Part shown: in pieces, positions 1-7,645 of the stretch
How the letters are laid out: every line of letters begins with the position of its first letter
Position numbering within the stretch: the first letter of the stretch is position 1
NCBI GenBank assembly: GCA_017164015.1
Contig: CP071065.1
Span: 777,409-809,408 of the forward strand
Source: Nostoc sp. UHCC 0702
GTDB lineage: Bacteria > Cyanobacteriota > Cyanobacteriia > Cyanobacteriales > Nostocaceae
DNA: 32,000 nt
Direction: 5' to 3'
Program-made: the position numbers and the translations under genes
Notes under the pieces: generated by a model
Told to the model about the DNA's origin: nothing
The model's input: only the letters and a program-made list of their open reading frames with translations
Databases searched by the model: none

Positions 1-1098
1 GTTAATAATGTGGCAGCAGCAACCCAAGCCAATCTTGTTGTCAACTACCCGAATCTTAATCAACTTAATCCGCAAGTCTCGCTGACTCGTGCCGAAGCAG
101 CAGCAATTTTGTATCAAGCTTTAGTCAGGCAGGGACAGTTACAAGCCCTTGGTAGTAATGTCCCTGCTAGTAGCTATATAGTAGCTAGCAATGCTGGCGG
201 CACTCAAACCAGAAACGATATTGTTTCTCTGGCTGCCTCTAGTAGTTCCTTTTCAACCTTGACTTCTTTATTACAGGCAGCAGGTCTAACAGATATCTTA
301 CAACAACCAGGCCCTTACACAGTTTTTGCTCCCACTAATGAGGCATTTGCGGCTTTGCCCGCTAGCACTTTAGAACAGTTACAGCGGCCAGAGAACAGAG
401 AAGTCTTAATTAAGGTTTTGAGATATCATGTGGTTCCTGGTGCTATAAGTTCTAGTCAACTCTCGACGGGAGAAGTCAAGACGGCTGAAGATGCATCTGT
501 CAACATTAGAGTTGATAGCGCCACTAATCAAGTTTCGGTAAACGAAGCTAGAGTTCTCCAGCCTGGTGTGCAAGCTAGCAATGGCATCATCTATCCAATT
601 AACGCAGTCCTCATACCACCGAATCTTACAGTTAGTCAGCAGCCGCCAAATGGAACCGGTACTACTGATGTGACACCAGGTAGAGCTACTCGTGGAGGCT
701 CCAGTTATATAGGGGTTGCTGGTAACATTGGTTTAGGCGGTGATACTGCGCTGGGCGACACTAACTTTGCGGTCATCAGCAAAGTCGGGTTGACACGGTA
801 TTTATCAGTGCGTCCTTCAGCAGTTTTTGGGGATGATACAGTTGTTCTGGTTCCCTTGACTTTAGATTTTTTCCCACGTCCAGTAAATCCCACAGGTGAG
901 AGAACATTTCCTGTATCTCCTTACGTAGGTGCTGGGGTAGCTATTGAAACTGAGGACGACACTGATGTGGGATTATTGCTAACTGGCGGTATAGATATTC
1001 CTCTAGGTTCTCGTTTTACAGCCACAGGTGCTGTGAATGCAGCTTTTATGGATGACACTGATGTCGGGTTAATACTAGGAGTTGGCTTCAACTTTTAA
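1..1098 (+). CDS. Cell-envelope protein, 5'-truncated at window edge: SLH-like segment + fasciclin (FAS1) domain + C-terminal beta-barrel-like region
   Basis: Frame 1 is open from base 1 (gtt aat aat gtg...), so the GTG at 10 is probably internal. FAS1-like stretch: DIVSLAASSSSFSTLTSLLQAAGL..YTVFAPTNEAFAALP..VLRYHVVPG..NGIIYPINAVLIPP. N-terminal ..SLTRAEAAAILYQALV resembles the end of an SLH motif. The Gly/Asp-rich C-terminus ends in GVGFNF; a terminal Phe is typical of outer-membrane barrels. Confidence 0.75.
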   Translation, partial: VNNVAAATQANLVVNYPNLNQLNPQVSLTRAEAAAILYQALVRQGQLQALGSNVPASSYIVASNAGGTQTRNDIVSLAASSSSFSTLTSLLQAAGLTDILQQPGPYTVFAPTNEAFAALPASTLEQLQRPENREVLIKVLRYHVVPGAISSSQLSTGEVKTAEDASVNIRVDSATNQVSVNEARVLQPGVQASNGIIYPINAVLIPPNLTVSQQPPNGTGTTDVTPGRATRGGSSYIGVAGNIGLGGDTALGDTNFAVISKVGLTRYLSVRPSAVFGDDTVVLVPLTLDFFPRPVNPTGERTFPVSPYVGAGVAIETEDDTDVGLLLTGGIDIPLGSRFTATGAVNAAFMDDTDVGLILGVGFNF

Positions 1099-1204
1099 AG
1101 TGCTGAAAAAGTCACAAAAAGGCTACAACAGCGAATAAATCAAATGTTTTGCCAATTGCAACGCCTCGAACAGCACAACTTGAGGCGATCGCAATTGGTA
1201 AAAT

Positions 1205-2311
1205 TTACTTGAGAGATTTTGTTGATGCGATCGGTCTGACATTACGTTTTACTGGAGTTCCCCAAATATTAACTTTTCGGTCAAATCCACCGCTGGCCAG
1301 GGTTTGTCCGTCTGGACTAAATGCGATCGCGCTGACCCAATCTCTATGACCATTAAGTGTATTTAATAACTCTCCTGTAGTTAAATTCCACAGCTTAATT
1401 CCATCTCTGCCACCACTAGCAAGGGTTTGTCCATCGGGGTTAATGGCAATGGCGTTTACCCAATTGTTGTGTCCTGTGAAAGTGCGGACTAATTCCCCAG
1501 AGTTGATATTCCAAAGTTTAATTGTGCGATCGCGGCTGGCACTAACTAAATTTTCTCCATTTGGTGTGAAAGCTACGGCACTGACTGCATTAGAATGTGC
1601 TGCCAATTCCCGAATTAATCTACCAGTGCTTAAGTTCCACAGTTTAATCACACCCTTGTAGTCACCACTAGCCAAAGTCTGACCATCGGGACTGATTGCC
1701 ACTGTAAAAATTGAATTATCAAAGCGTACCAGAGTACCCAGTGGGCGCTGCTGTAGCAAATCCCACAAGCGAATCCCGTCTAAAGCACCACTGACGAGAA
1801 TCTTACTATCAGGAGATACAGCTAAAGACAATACATTACTAGTATGTCCTACAAAAGAGCGAGTAAAACTATTATTTTTCAGATTCCAAAGGTTTATCGT
1901 GTGGTCATTGCTACAGCTAGCTAAAGTTTGACCATCTGGCGAAATCACCAAAGATTCTACAGATGTTTTTTGGGCTTTGTTGATAGTACCTAATTTTTTG
2001 CCCTTTTCCAGGTTCCACAAGCGGATCACGCCATCGCTGTCAGCACCGCCACTGGCCAAAACTTTGTTATCTGGACTAAAAGCTAATGATTTAACGGTTC
2101 CTCTATGTCCAGTTAGGCTATAAATTAGCTGAGGATTGGCAAAATTAGCTGGAGTTTGGGAGTTTTGTGATACTTGGGCAGCGGCTTGTGCAACATAAGT
2201 GTAAAACCCTTGAACAGTAGTTAATCCAAGGGCAACAGTTGCCATAAATAGCAGAATCATATTTGGGCGCACTACAGAATTACTTGCAGCACCTTTTCCC
2301 TCACTACTCAC
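1205..2311 (-). CDS. WD40-repeat protein with N-terminal membrane anchor
   Basis: 368-aa ORF. Hydrophobic N-terminal segment (MILLFMATVALGLTTV) is followed by about 7 repeats of the GH..V.S.AFSPDGQTLASG..D..IKLWN type. An alternative start at the internal Met (MILLF) is possible. Confidence 0.85.
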   Translation of the reverse strand: MSSEGKGAASNSVVRPNMILLFMATVALGLTTVQGFYTYVAQAAAQVSQNSQTPANFANPQLIYSLTGHRGTVKSLAFSPDNKVLASGGADSDGVIRLWNLEKGKKLGTINKAQKTSVESLVISPDGQTLASCSNDHTINLWNLKNNSFTRSFVGHTSNVLSLAVSPDSKILVSGALDGIRLWDLLQQRPLGTLVRFDNSIFTVAISPDGQTLASGDYKGVIKLWNLSTGRLIRELAAHSNAVSAVAFTPNGENLVSASRDRTIKLWNINSGELVRTFTGHNNWVNAIAINPDGQTLASGGRDGIKLWNLTTGELLNTLNGHRDWVSAIAFSPDGQTLASGGFDRKVNIWGTPVKRNVRPIASTKSLK

Positions 2312-2356
2312 TAATTTTTCCTCACTATTTAAATAATTATTAGTCAGCAGTCAGTG

Positions 2357-2445
2357 GTGAGTCAGTGCGGTCTTGGGGGTTTCCCCCATGAGCAACCGAC
2401 GATCTTCGCAGCGTTAGCGAGCTTGCGAGCGTCACCCGAAGGGTT
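2357..2445 (+). repeat. GC-rich dispersed repeat, copy 1 (GGGGGTTTCCCCC core)
   Basis: gtgagtcagtgcggtcttgggggtttcccccatgagc...gagcgtcacccgaaggg closely matches the reverse complement of 21005-21095. Its modules recur at about 20850-20915. Confidence 0.7.
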
Positions 2446-2462
2446 AGTAGTTAAAGAAAAAT

Positions 2463-2499
2463 AACTAACAACTGACAACTAACAAATGACAAACAACAA
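2463..2499. repeat. Degenerate heptamer tract (ACAACTR-like STRR)
   Basis: aactaacaactgacaactaacaaatgacaaacaacaa, read directly. Confidence 0.6.
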
Positions 2500-2510
2500 T
2501 TTAGCACTCC

Positions 2511-2840
2511 TTACTGGGGTGGTTTTTTCTTAGTAACGGTCAACATAGGTAGAGTCGGACTAGATGAGCGAGAGGGCAAGTAATGTTGTACTACAGGCTC
2601 CTCTGGGATAGAACGGCGTTGCTGGACACGCCATAACTTAAAGGCGAGGGCTACCCCTGCTGTCCCCAAGCCAAAGGCAAACAATGACCAGCTATCATCA
2701 AATCCACCAATCAGGGCATCTACCACACCTACGGTGATCAATACACTGACTAGTGGGTCTTTCCTGTAGGTTGATTTCAAAAAACGAGGTAATACAGCAT
2801 TCATCACAGCTTGGTTTATCAAGTTTACCTTTTGTGTCAA
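2511..2840 (-). CDS. Small hypothetical membrane protein (two predicted TM helices)
   Basis: 109-aa ORF. Hydrophobic segments LVSVLITVGVVDALIGGF and LFAFGLGTAGVALAFKLW. The listed start is TTG; an in-frame ATG at 2804 (MNAVLPRF...) is an alternative. No family recognised. Confidence 0.5.
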   Translation of the reverse strand: MTQKVNLINQAVMNAVLPRFLKSTYRKDPLVSVLITVGVVDALIGGFDDSWSLFAFGLGTAGVALAFKLWRVQQRRSIPEEPVVQHYLPSRSSSPTLPMLTVTKKKPPQ

Positions 2841-3048
2841 GTTACCGAGAATACCTCACCTTAGAGTTCTCCTGCTGATGAAAAGCATCTAAATATTAGA
2901 ATTTTCTTCAGTAGAGTCACAAGTGTAGTAATTAACTAGCTTGCATGTATTATTTGCATTTTTTAGCTAACACTGACACTTTTTGGTGTGCTTCATAGTT
3001 ATAGACGGCAAATCATGGGAGGTAGTTCACTCTGAATCGATATAGTCA

Positions 3049-3075
3049 AAACCAGCTAGATATTCCAGCTGGTTT
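3049..3075 (-). terminator. Hairpin downstream of the HLIP gene (weak terminator candidate)
   Basis: aaaccagct-agatattcc-agctggttt gives a 9-bp perfect stem. On the minus strand the stem ends in TTT followed by T. There is no long U-run. Confidence 0.3.
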
Positions 3076-3114
3076 AAACTGTTCTAATTACTAGCTTACA
3101 ACTTACTGAAACAA

Positions 3115-3256
3115 GGCGGGGCGGGGGAGCAGGGGAGGTGGGGAGCGGGGGAGATGGGGAGCGGGGGAGGTGGGGAGCGGGGGAGATGAGGGAGAAATAA
3201 CTCCTAACTCCTAACTCTTAACTCCTAACTCTTAACTCCTAACTCCTAACTCTTAA
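3115..3256. repeat. Composite simple-repeat block: (GGGGAGNN) octamers, gagaaataa linker, then (AACTCYT) x8 heptamers
   Basis: 3115-3195 reads ggggagca ggggaggt ggggagcg ggggagat and so on. 3199-3254 is eight AACTCCT/AACTCTT units. The same architecture recurs at 22179-22341. Confidence 0.9.
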
Positions 3257-3263
3257 TTCAGCA

Positions 3264-3434
3264 CTACTTTAGTCCGAGCCATGATAACACGCCTTGATTG
3301 GTGAGGTACTCAATCAAGACCATCAAGCCGAAGCCAATCATTGCGGCTCGACCATTCAATCGTTCAGCATATTCATTAAAGCCAAATTTCGGCTCTTCCA
3401 GTTTGGGGGTAACTGTTGGTTGTGGTTGTGACAT
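3264..3434 (-). CDS. hli: High-light-inducible protein (HLIP, one-helix CAB/ELIP/HLIP family)
   Basis: FGFNEYAERLNGRAAMIGFGLMVLIEYLTNQG is the canonical HLIP chlorophyll-binding helix. I place the start at the second Met (MSQPQPT, 3434) rather than the listed 3458. Confidence 0.85.
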   Translation of the reverse strand: MSQPQPTVTPKLEEPKFGFNEYAERLNGRAAMIGFGLMVLIEYLTNQGVLSWLGLK

Positions 3435-3785
3435 GTTCAAGAAACCTCTTTTTGGCAAACGGGATTTGATAGCGAGAAGTCTGGGTGGAGGTTGACTCCA
3501 AACAGAACTTCGGTATGTTTTGAGATGATGGCAGTGCTTGAACCCGAAGATAGCTTGAAAAAGCTAGCTGTTTGGTGGGAGGAAGCTCTGCAACAGCGAT
3601 CTTAACAAATTGTAATTATTCTTTATATATTGTATAAATCTGACGTTAATAGTCAAGAGTAAGACTTTGCGGGTTTTATAGTCAGTTTGAAAACGTTAGG
3701 GTGGTATGTAGTTAAGCAGAATACGGAAGTGCTTGTCTAAGACTGGCAGGCTAAAGTGGAACAAAAAATTTATTAGAGGCGGTAT

Positions 3786-4877
3786 ATGGAAATTGGCGTT
3801 CCCAAGGAGACTAAGGATCAGGAATTTCGGGTAGGTTTGAGTCCTTCTAGCGTGCGCGTGTTGCGAGAAAATGGTCATGCCATCTTTGTCCAGACACAAG
3901 CAGGTAATGGTGCTGGATTCACTGATGATGATTATGCAAGTGCTGGGGCGGAGATTGTCTCTACACCAGAAGCAGCTTGGAATCGGGAGTTAGTGGTCAA
4001 AGTTAAAGAACCACTGGTCAGTGAATATCAATTTTTGCAAAAGGGACAGATATTATTTACTTATCTACATTTAGCTGCCGATCGCAAATTAACTGAGAGT
4101 TTAATTGATTGTGGCATTTGTGCGATCGCCTACGAAACTGTAGAGTTGCCTGGTGCTAACAAGCTACCTCTACTTACCCCCATGAGCGTGATTGCTGGTC
4201 GGCTATCAGTACAATTTGGGGCGAGGTTCCTAGAACGCCAACAAGGTGGTAGAGGCGTTCTTTTGGGCGGCGTACCTGGAGTCAAACCGGGTAAAGTAGT
4301 GATTTTAGGTGGTGGTGTTGTCGGCACAGAAGCAGCTAAAATTGCCGTAGGCATGGGTGCGATCGTGCAAATTTTAGATGTAAATGTCGAGCGTTTATCC
4401 TACCTAGAAACTTTATTTGGTTCTAGAGTCGAATTGCTTTACAGCAACTCTGCCCATATCGAAGCCGCCGTGAAAGAAGCTGACTTACTAATTGGTGCTG
4501 TTTTAGTCCTAGGACGTAGGGCACCAATACTAGTATCCCGCGAATTGGTCAAACAAATGCATCCTGGTTCTGTAATTGTTGATGTCGCCGTTGACCAAGG
4601 TGGCTGCGTGGAAACTTTACACGCCACATCCCACACCAATCCAGTGTACCTAGAAGAAGGTGTAGTACATTATGGCGTACCTAATATGCCAGGTGCAGTA
4701 CCTTGGACAGCAACACAAGCACTCAACAACAGTACACTGCCTTATGTCGTCCAATTGGCAAATCTGGGCATTAAGGCACTAGGAGTTAACCCAGCATTAG
4801 CCAAGGGTGTAAATGTACAAAATCATCGCTTAGTGCATCCTGCTGTGCAGGAAGTGTTTCCTGATTTAGTCAGTTAG
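3786..4877 (+). CDS. ald: Alanine dehydrogenase
   Basis: 363 aa. N-terminus MEIGVPKETKDQEFRVGLSPSSV and NAD-binding motif VVILGGGVVGTEAAKIA are typical of L-alanine dehydrogenase. Confidence 0.9.
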   Translation: MEIGVPKETKDQEFRVGLSPSSVRVLRENGHAIFVQTQAGNGAGFTDDDYASAGAEIVSTPEAAWNRELVVKVKEPLVSEYQFLQKGQILFTYLHLAADRKLTESLIDCGICAIAYETVELPGANKLPLLTPMSVIAGRLSVQFGARFLERQQGGRGVLLGGVPGVKPGKVVILGGGVVGTEAAKIAVGMGAIVQILDVNVERLSYLETLFGSRVELLYSNSAHIEAAVKEADLLIGAVLVLGRRAPILVSRELVKQMHPGSVIVDVAVDQGGCVETLHATSHTNPVYLEEGVVHYGVPNMPGAVPWTATQALNNSTLPYVVQLANLGIKALGVNPALAKGVNVQNHRLVHPAVQEVFPDLVS

Positions 4878-4927
4878 ATTTTACTAAATTTAGATTACCC
4901 ATCGTTCTTGCAAAACAGCCTCTCTAA

Positions 4928-4951
4928 CCCCTCCTCGTTTGCAAGGAGGGG
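4928..4951 (+). terminator. GC hairpin after ald (terminator candidate)
   Basis: cccctcct-cgtttgca-aggagggg followed by gaatttgatatt. The stem is 8 bp and the T-run is short. Confidence 0.35.
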
Positions 4952-4985
4952 GAATTTGATATTAGATTGTGCCAAATTTATGAAG

Positions 4986-5132
4986 CTGACTTTTCACGTC
5001 ATGTGGAAAAGTTAACGCCAGACCTAACCCCCCAGTCCCCTTCCCTTCAAGGGAAGGGGGAGCAATTAAAGCCTCTCTCCTTATAGGGGAGAGGAATGGA
5101 AGCGGGGTTTTCCAGATCCCGTGAAAAGTCAG
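4986..5132. mobile_element. MITE copy A (147 bp) with 13-bp perfect terminal inverted repeats and 10-bp target-site duplication
   Basis: TIRs are ctgacttttcacg (4986-4998) and cgtgaaaagtcag (5120-5132). It is flanked by identical atttatgaag at 4976-4985 and 5133-5142. An internal hairpin reads ccccttccc-ttca-agggaagggg. A second copy lies at 29406-29597. Confidence 0.85.
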
Positions 5133-5134
5133 AT

Positions 5135-5845
5135 TTATGAAGAACTGCAAAAATGATTCAGATAATTATAAAGTTCACGGAATAAAGGACACCTTCGCTG
5201 TACTTCCAATGGATTAATATATTCTAATAGAGCAGGTGTATGCAATCCTTTAGAATAGCGTGTGGAACTGCTATCAAATTCTTCTAAAACACTTGAATCG
5301 ACTAGTGCTTGTGATAGTTTTTCTTGACAACAATTTCTTTGATGGTCATACTCACTAAAGGTTTCTGGGTCATCAAAAGGAATATTGATTTGCGTACTCA
5401 GCCACCAACGCATACGCTGATGTCTACTTCTAAAGTCTGGATGTCGAGCTACTGAATTATTCCAATCTGCTATTATCCAAGCTTCCAGTTCAGGAGCAGC
5501 AAATCCAACAAATATTGGAATATCAGTATTTCCTGATATTGCTGACAATATTATTTCTTTTTGCTGTATCGGATCGCGGCAATCTAAATCATCAAAAATT
5601 AAAATTAAATTACATATATTTGGTTCATATTGTAAACCTTTTGGTAACTCTCGCTGGATTTGCTCGATTAAACTTCTACCAGTTCTGCCATAACTATTTA
5701 TTTTATTAGGTTTAGGGCCAGGTTTTTGACTAATTGGTGTTTTTCGTTGAAATGAACATCCAGGAAAATTTTTTCTTAAAAAAGGAATTAGTCCTCTAAC
5801 TTCAGCTTCCCCACCGCCAGCGAAAACCCATACTACCACGGCCAT
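5135..5845 (-). CDS. Toprim-like protein, DUF4276-type (partner of upstream ATPase)
   Basis: 236 aa. N-terminal strand plus acidic motif VWVFAGGGEAEV, DxD-type motif LILIFDDLDC, then APELEAW. This order fits a Toprim-like fold and my recollection of DUF4276. Its ATG at 5845 overlaps the upstream ORF stop by 13 nt. Confidence 0.6.
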   Translation of the reverse strand: MAVVVWVFAGGGEAEVRGLIPFLRKNFPGCSFQRKTPISQKPGPKPNKINSYGRTGRSLIEQIQRELPKGLQYEPNICNLILIFDDLDCRDPIQQKEIILSAISGNTDIPIFVGFAAPELEAWIIADWNNSVARHPDFRSRHQRMRWWLSTQINIPFDDPETFSEYDHQRNCCQEKLSQALVDSSVLEEFDSSSTRYSKGLHTPALLEYINPLEVQRRCPLFRELYNYLNHFCSSS

Positions 5846-7149
5846 CCTCCAATACTAGGGTCGCCAACACGGTATAAATCACCTAATTGCCATCCTTCTT
5901 CTAGTTTTTCATTCAGCATTTCTTGGGAGAGTTTTTTTAGATAAAAATGCTTTTGATCTTCTGAAGAAAAGCAAAATACACTTTCTAAACAATCTGTGAA
6001 ATGATCTAGAAGATCAGGACTGTGTGTAGTAATAATTATTTGAGTTTTTCTAGCAGCTTTTTTAATCCACTCTGCTAAAATTGGCATCCATGATACATGC
6101 AATCCTAGTTCTGGTTCATCGATTACCAGTAATGAAGGAAGAACTGGCGAATGTAATATAGTAGCCCAACAAAGCATCCGCACAGTTCCATCTGACATTT
6201 CATTAAGATAAAAAGGTTCTTTTATATCATAAAAATGCCACTCTAATGTCAAAGACAAACGACCAGAACGTATTGGTCTGAGACGACGAGTCTTTGGTAA
6301 TATAGCCTTCATTGCTTGGTTAATACTTTCTTCAAAGTCTATATCTTGCTGAGTTAAATTATCTAAAACTAGAGGTAAATTGTCTCCGGTTAAAGATAAA
6401 TAAAGATCGCTTCCCCCTATTTTAGGTTCTGACATCCTAATCAAATTTAAATCCATATTATTGGCATTATAAAATTGCCAACTTGAGACTAATTCGATTA
6501 AAGCTCTTCTAATTTTATAAACAGATGTATTTTCAGGAGGATATTGGCTATCTTCAAGCAACCGGGGGATAGCATTAAGACCTAATAAATTAGTTGGTAT
6601 ATTATCTAAGCCTTCAAAATGAGTTGTTGGAACTTGACCTGGCTCATCATATACTGATACAGCACCCTTGCCAGATTCTCTGTCATGAAACTTATAGTAA
6701 TAAAAAGGATTAAATGTAGTTGTATCATATAAATTTTCCCCACTATATAAGTATTCTTCCGCAATACTAACTCCTCTTGGTTTCTTTCTATTCACAAAAA
6801 TTTTTAAATCAAGGATAGTACTATCTTTTGTATATATAATTACTTGTGGATTTTCCGGGAAACAAAAACAGTATGCAAGTCTTACTCTAGCAGGACTTTC
6901 TACATTGACATCTAAAATTCTATTACCTCCAATTTGGGCAACTGCATCCTCAAAACCACTGACACTACGACTGTCATCTGGTATTTTAGTTAGGCTATCC
7001 TTGAGAAATTTCAAGCAACTGATAAAATTGCTTTTACCTGAACCGTTTGAGCCTATAAATATATTGAGATTTTTGAGTCGTACTATTTGCTCTGAAGACA
7101 AGTTTTTATAGTTTTTAGTCACAAGAAAGCGAAGATGAGGTTGATTCAT
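5833..7149 (-). CDS. ABC-like ATPase (AAA_15/AAA_21 type, OLD/AriA/AbiLi-like ATPase module)
   Basis: 438 aa. Walker A GSNGSGKSN (K39), signature-like MSDGTVR, Walker B LLVIDEPELGLH, H-loop-like IITTHSPD. The coding sequence is AT-rich. Confidence 0.8.
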   Translation of the reverse strand: MNQPHLRFLVTKNYKNLSSEQIVRLKNLNIFIGSNGSGKSNFISCLKFLKDSLTKIPDDSRSVSGFEDAVAQIGGNRILDVNVESPARVRLAYCFCFPENPQVIIYTKDSTILDLKIFVNRKKPRGVSIAEEYLYSGENLYDTTTFNPFYYYKFHDRESGKGAVSVYDEPGQVPTTHFEGLDNIPTNLLGLNAIPRLLEDSQYPPENTSVYKIRRALIELVSSWQFYNANNMDLNLIRMSEPKIGGSDLYLSLTGDNLPLVLDNLTQQDIDFEESINQAMKAILPKTRRLRPIRSGRLSLTLEWHFYDIKEPFYLNEMSDGTVRMLCWATILHSPVLPSLLVIDEPELGLHVSWMPILAEWIKKAARKTQIIITTHSPDLLDHFTDCLESVFCFSSEDQKHFYLKKLSQEMLNEKLEEGWQLGDLYRVGDPSIGGWPW

Positions 7150-7645
7150 AACAGTAAAAACTTTCTAGATAATTTGCAATTCTATAATACTATTTATTCA
7201 ATTCTACACACTCAGCATGTATAGCAAATCATAAATACTTTAATTAACTCAATCTGAAAAAAAGTAATATAAATGTAACTTTTGGTATATTTGCACCAGC
7301 CGTGCAACATTTATTCTAAAGTTGAGGCTAGTTAATGGAGAGAATCTATAAAATTTTGATTCGGTTGACTGGTGCGATCGCGGCTGTAACTGACATTTCA
7401 GTATATTTTTATACGTACAATTTAGAGACTACAGTTATGAAGATTTATTAAAGGGCTATAGCTAAAACTTGTAATCTAGACTATTACTTCATGTCAAATT
7501 TTAGTATAAATTGTACATCTTAGATTTTGGTTTTGATCTAGCTATAGACATTTCAATAGAATTTAACAGTGGTATTAATTGGGTATTTTTTCAAAGGGCA
7601 GTATTTTTTTTACGCCATGATAGAAGCACAACATGAGGAGGTTGT

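Noticed and set aside
3459-3785. NtcA-type site (GTA-N8-TAC) upstream of ald
   Set aside because: The near matches GTAtaaatctgACG and GTA-N11-TAC do not satisfy the consensus spacing or sequence.
4962-5150. 62-aa minus-strand ORF
   Set aside because: It lies entirely within the MITE and its flanks, and its content is dictated by the element's hairpins.
7335-7633. Small ORFs in the AT-rich spacer (38 aa at 7335-7451; a frame ending at the TGA just before cydB) as possible cydA remnants or micro-genes
   Set aside because: The translations show no CydA-like sequence and no supporting signals. They are too short to support.
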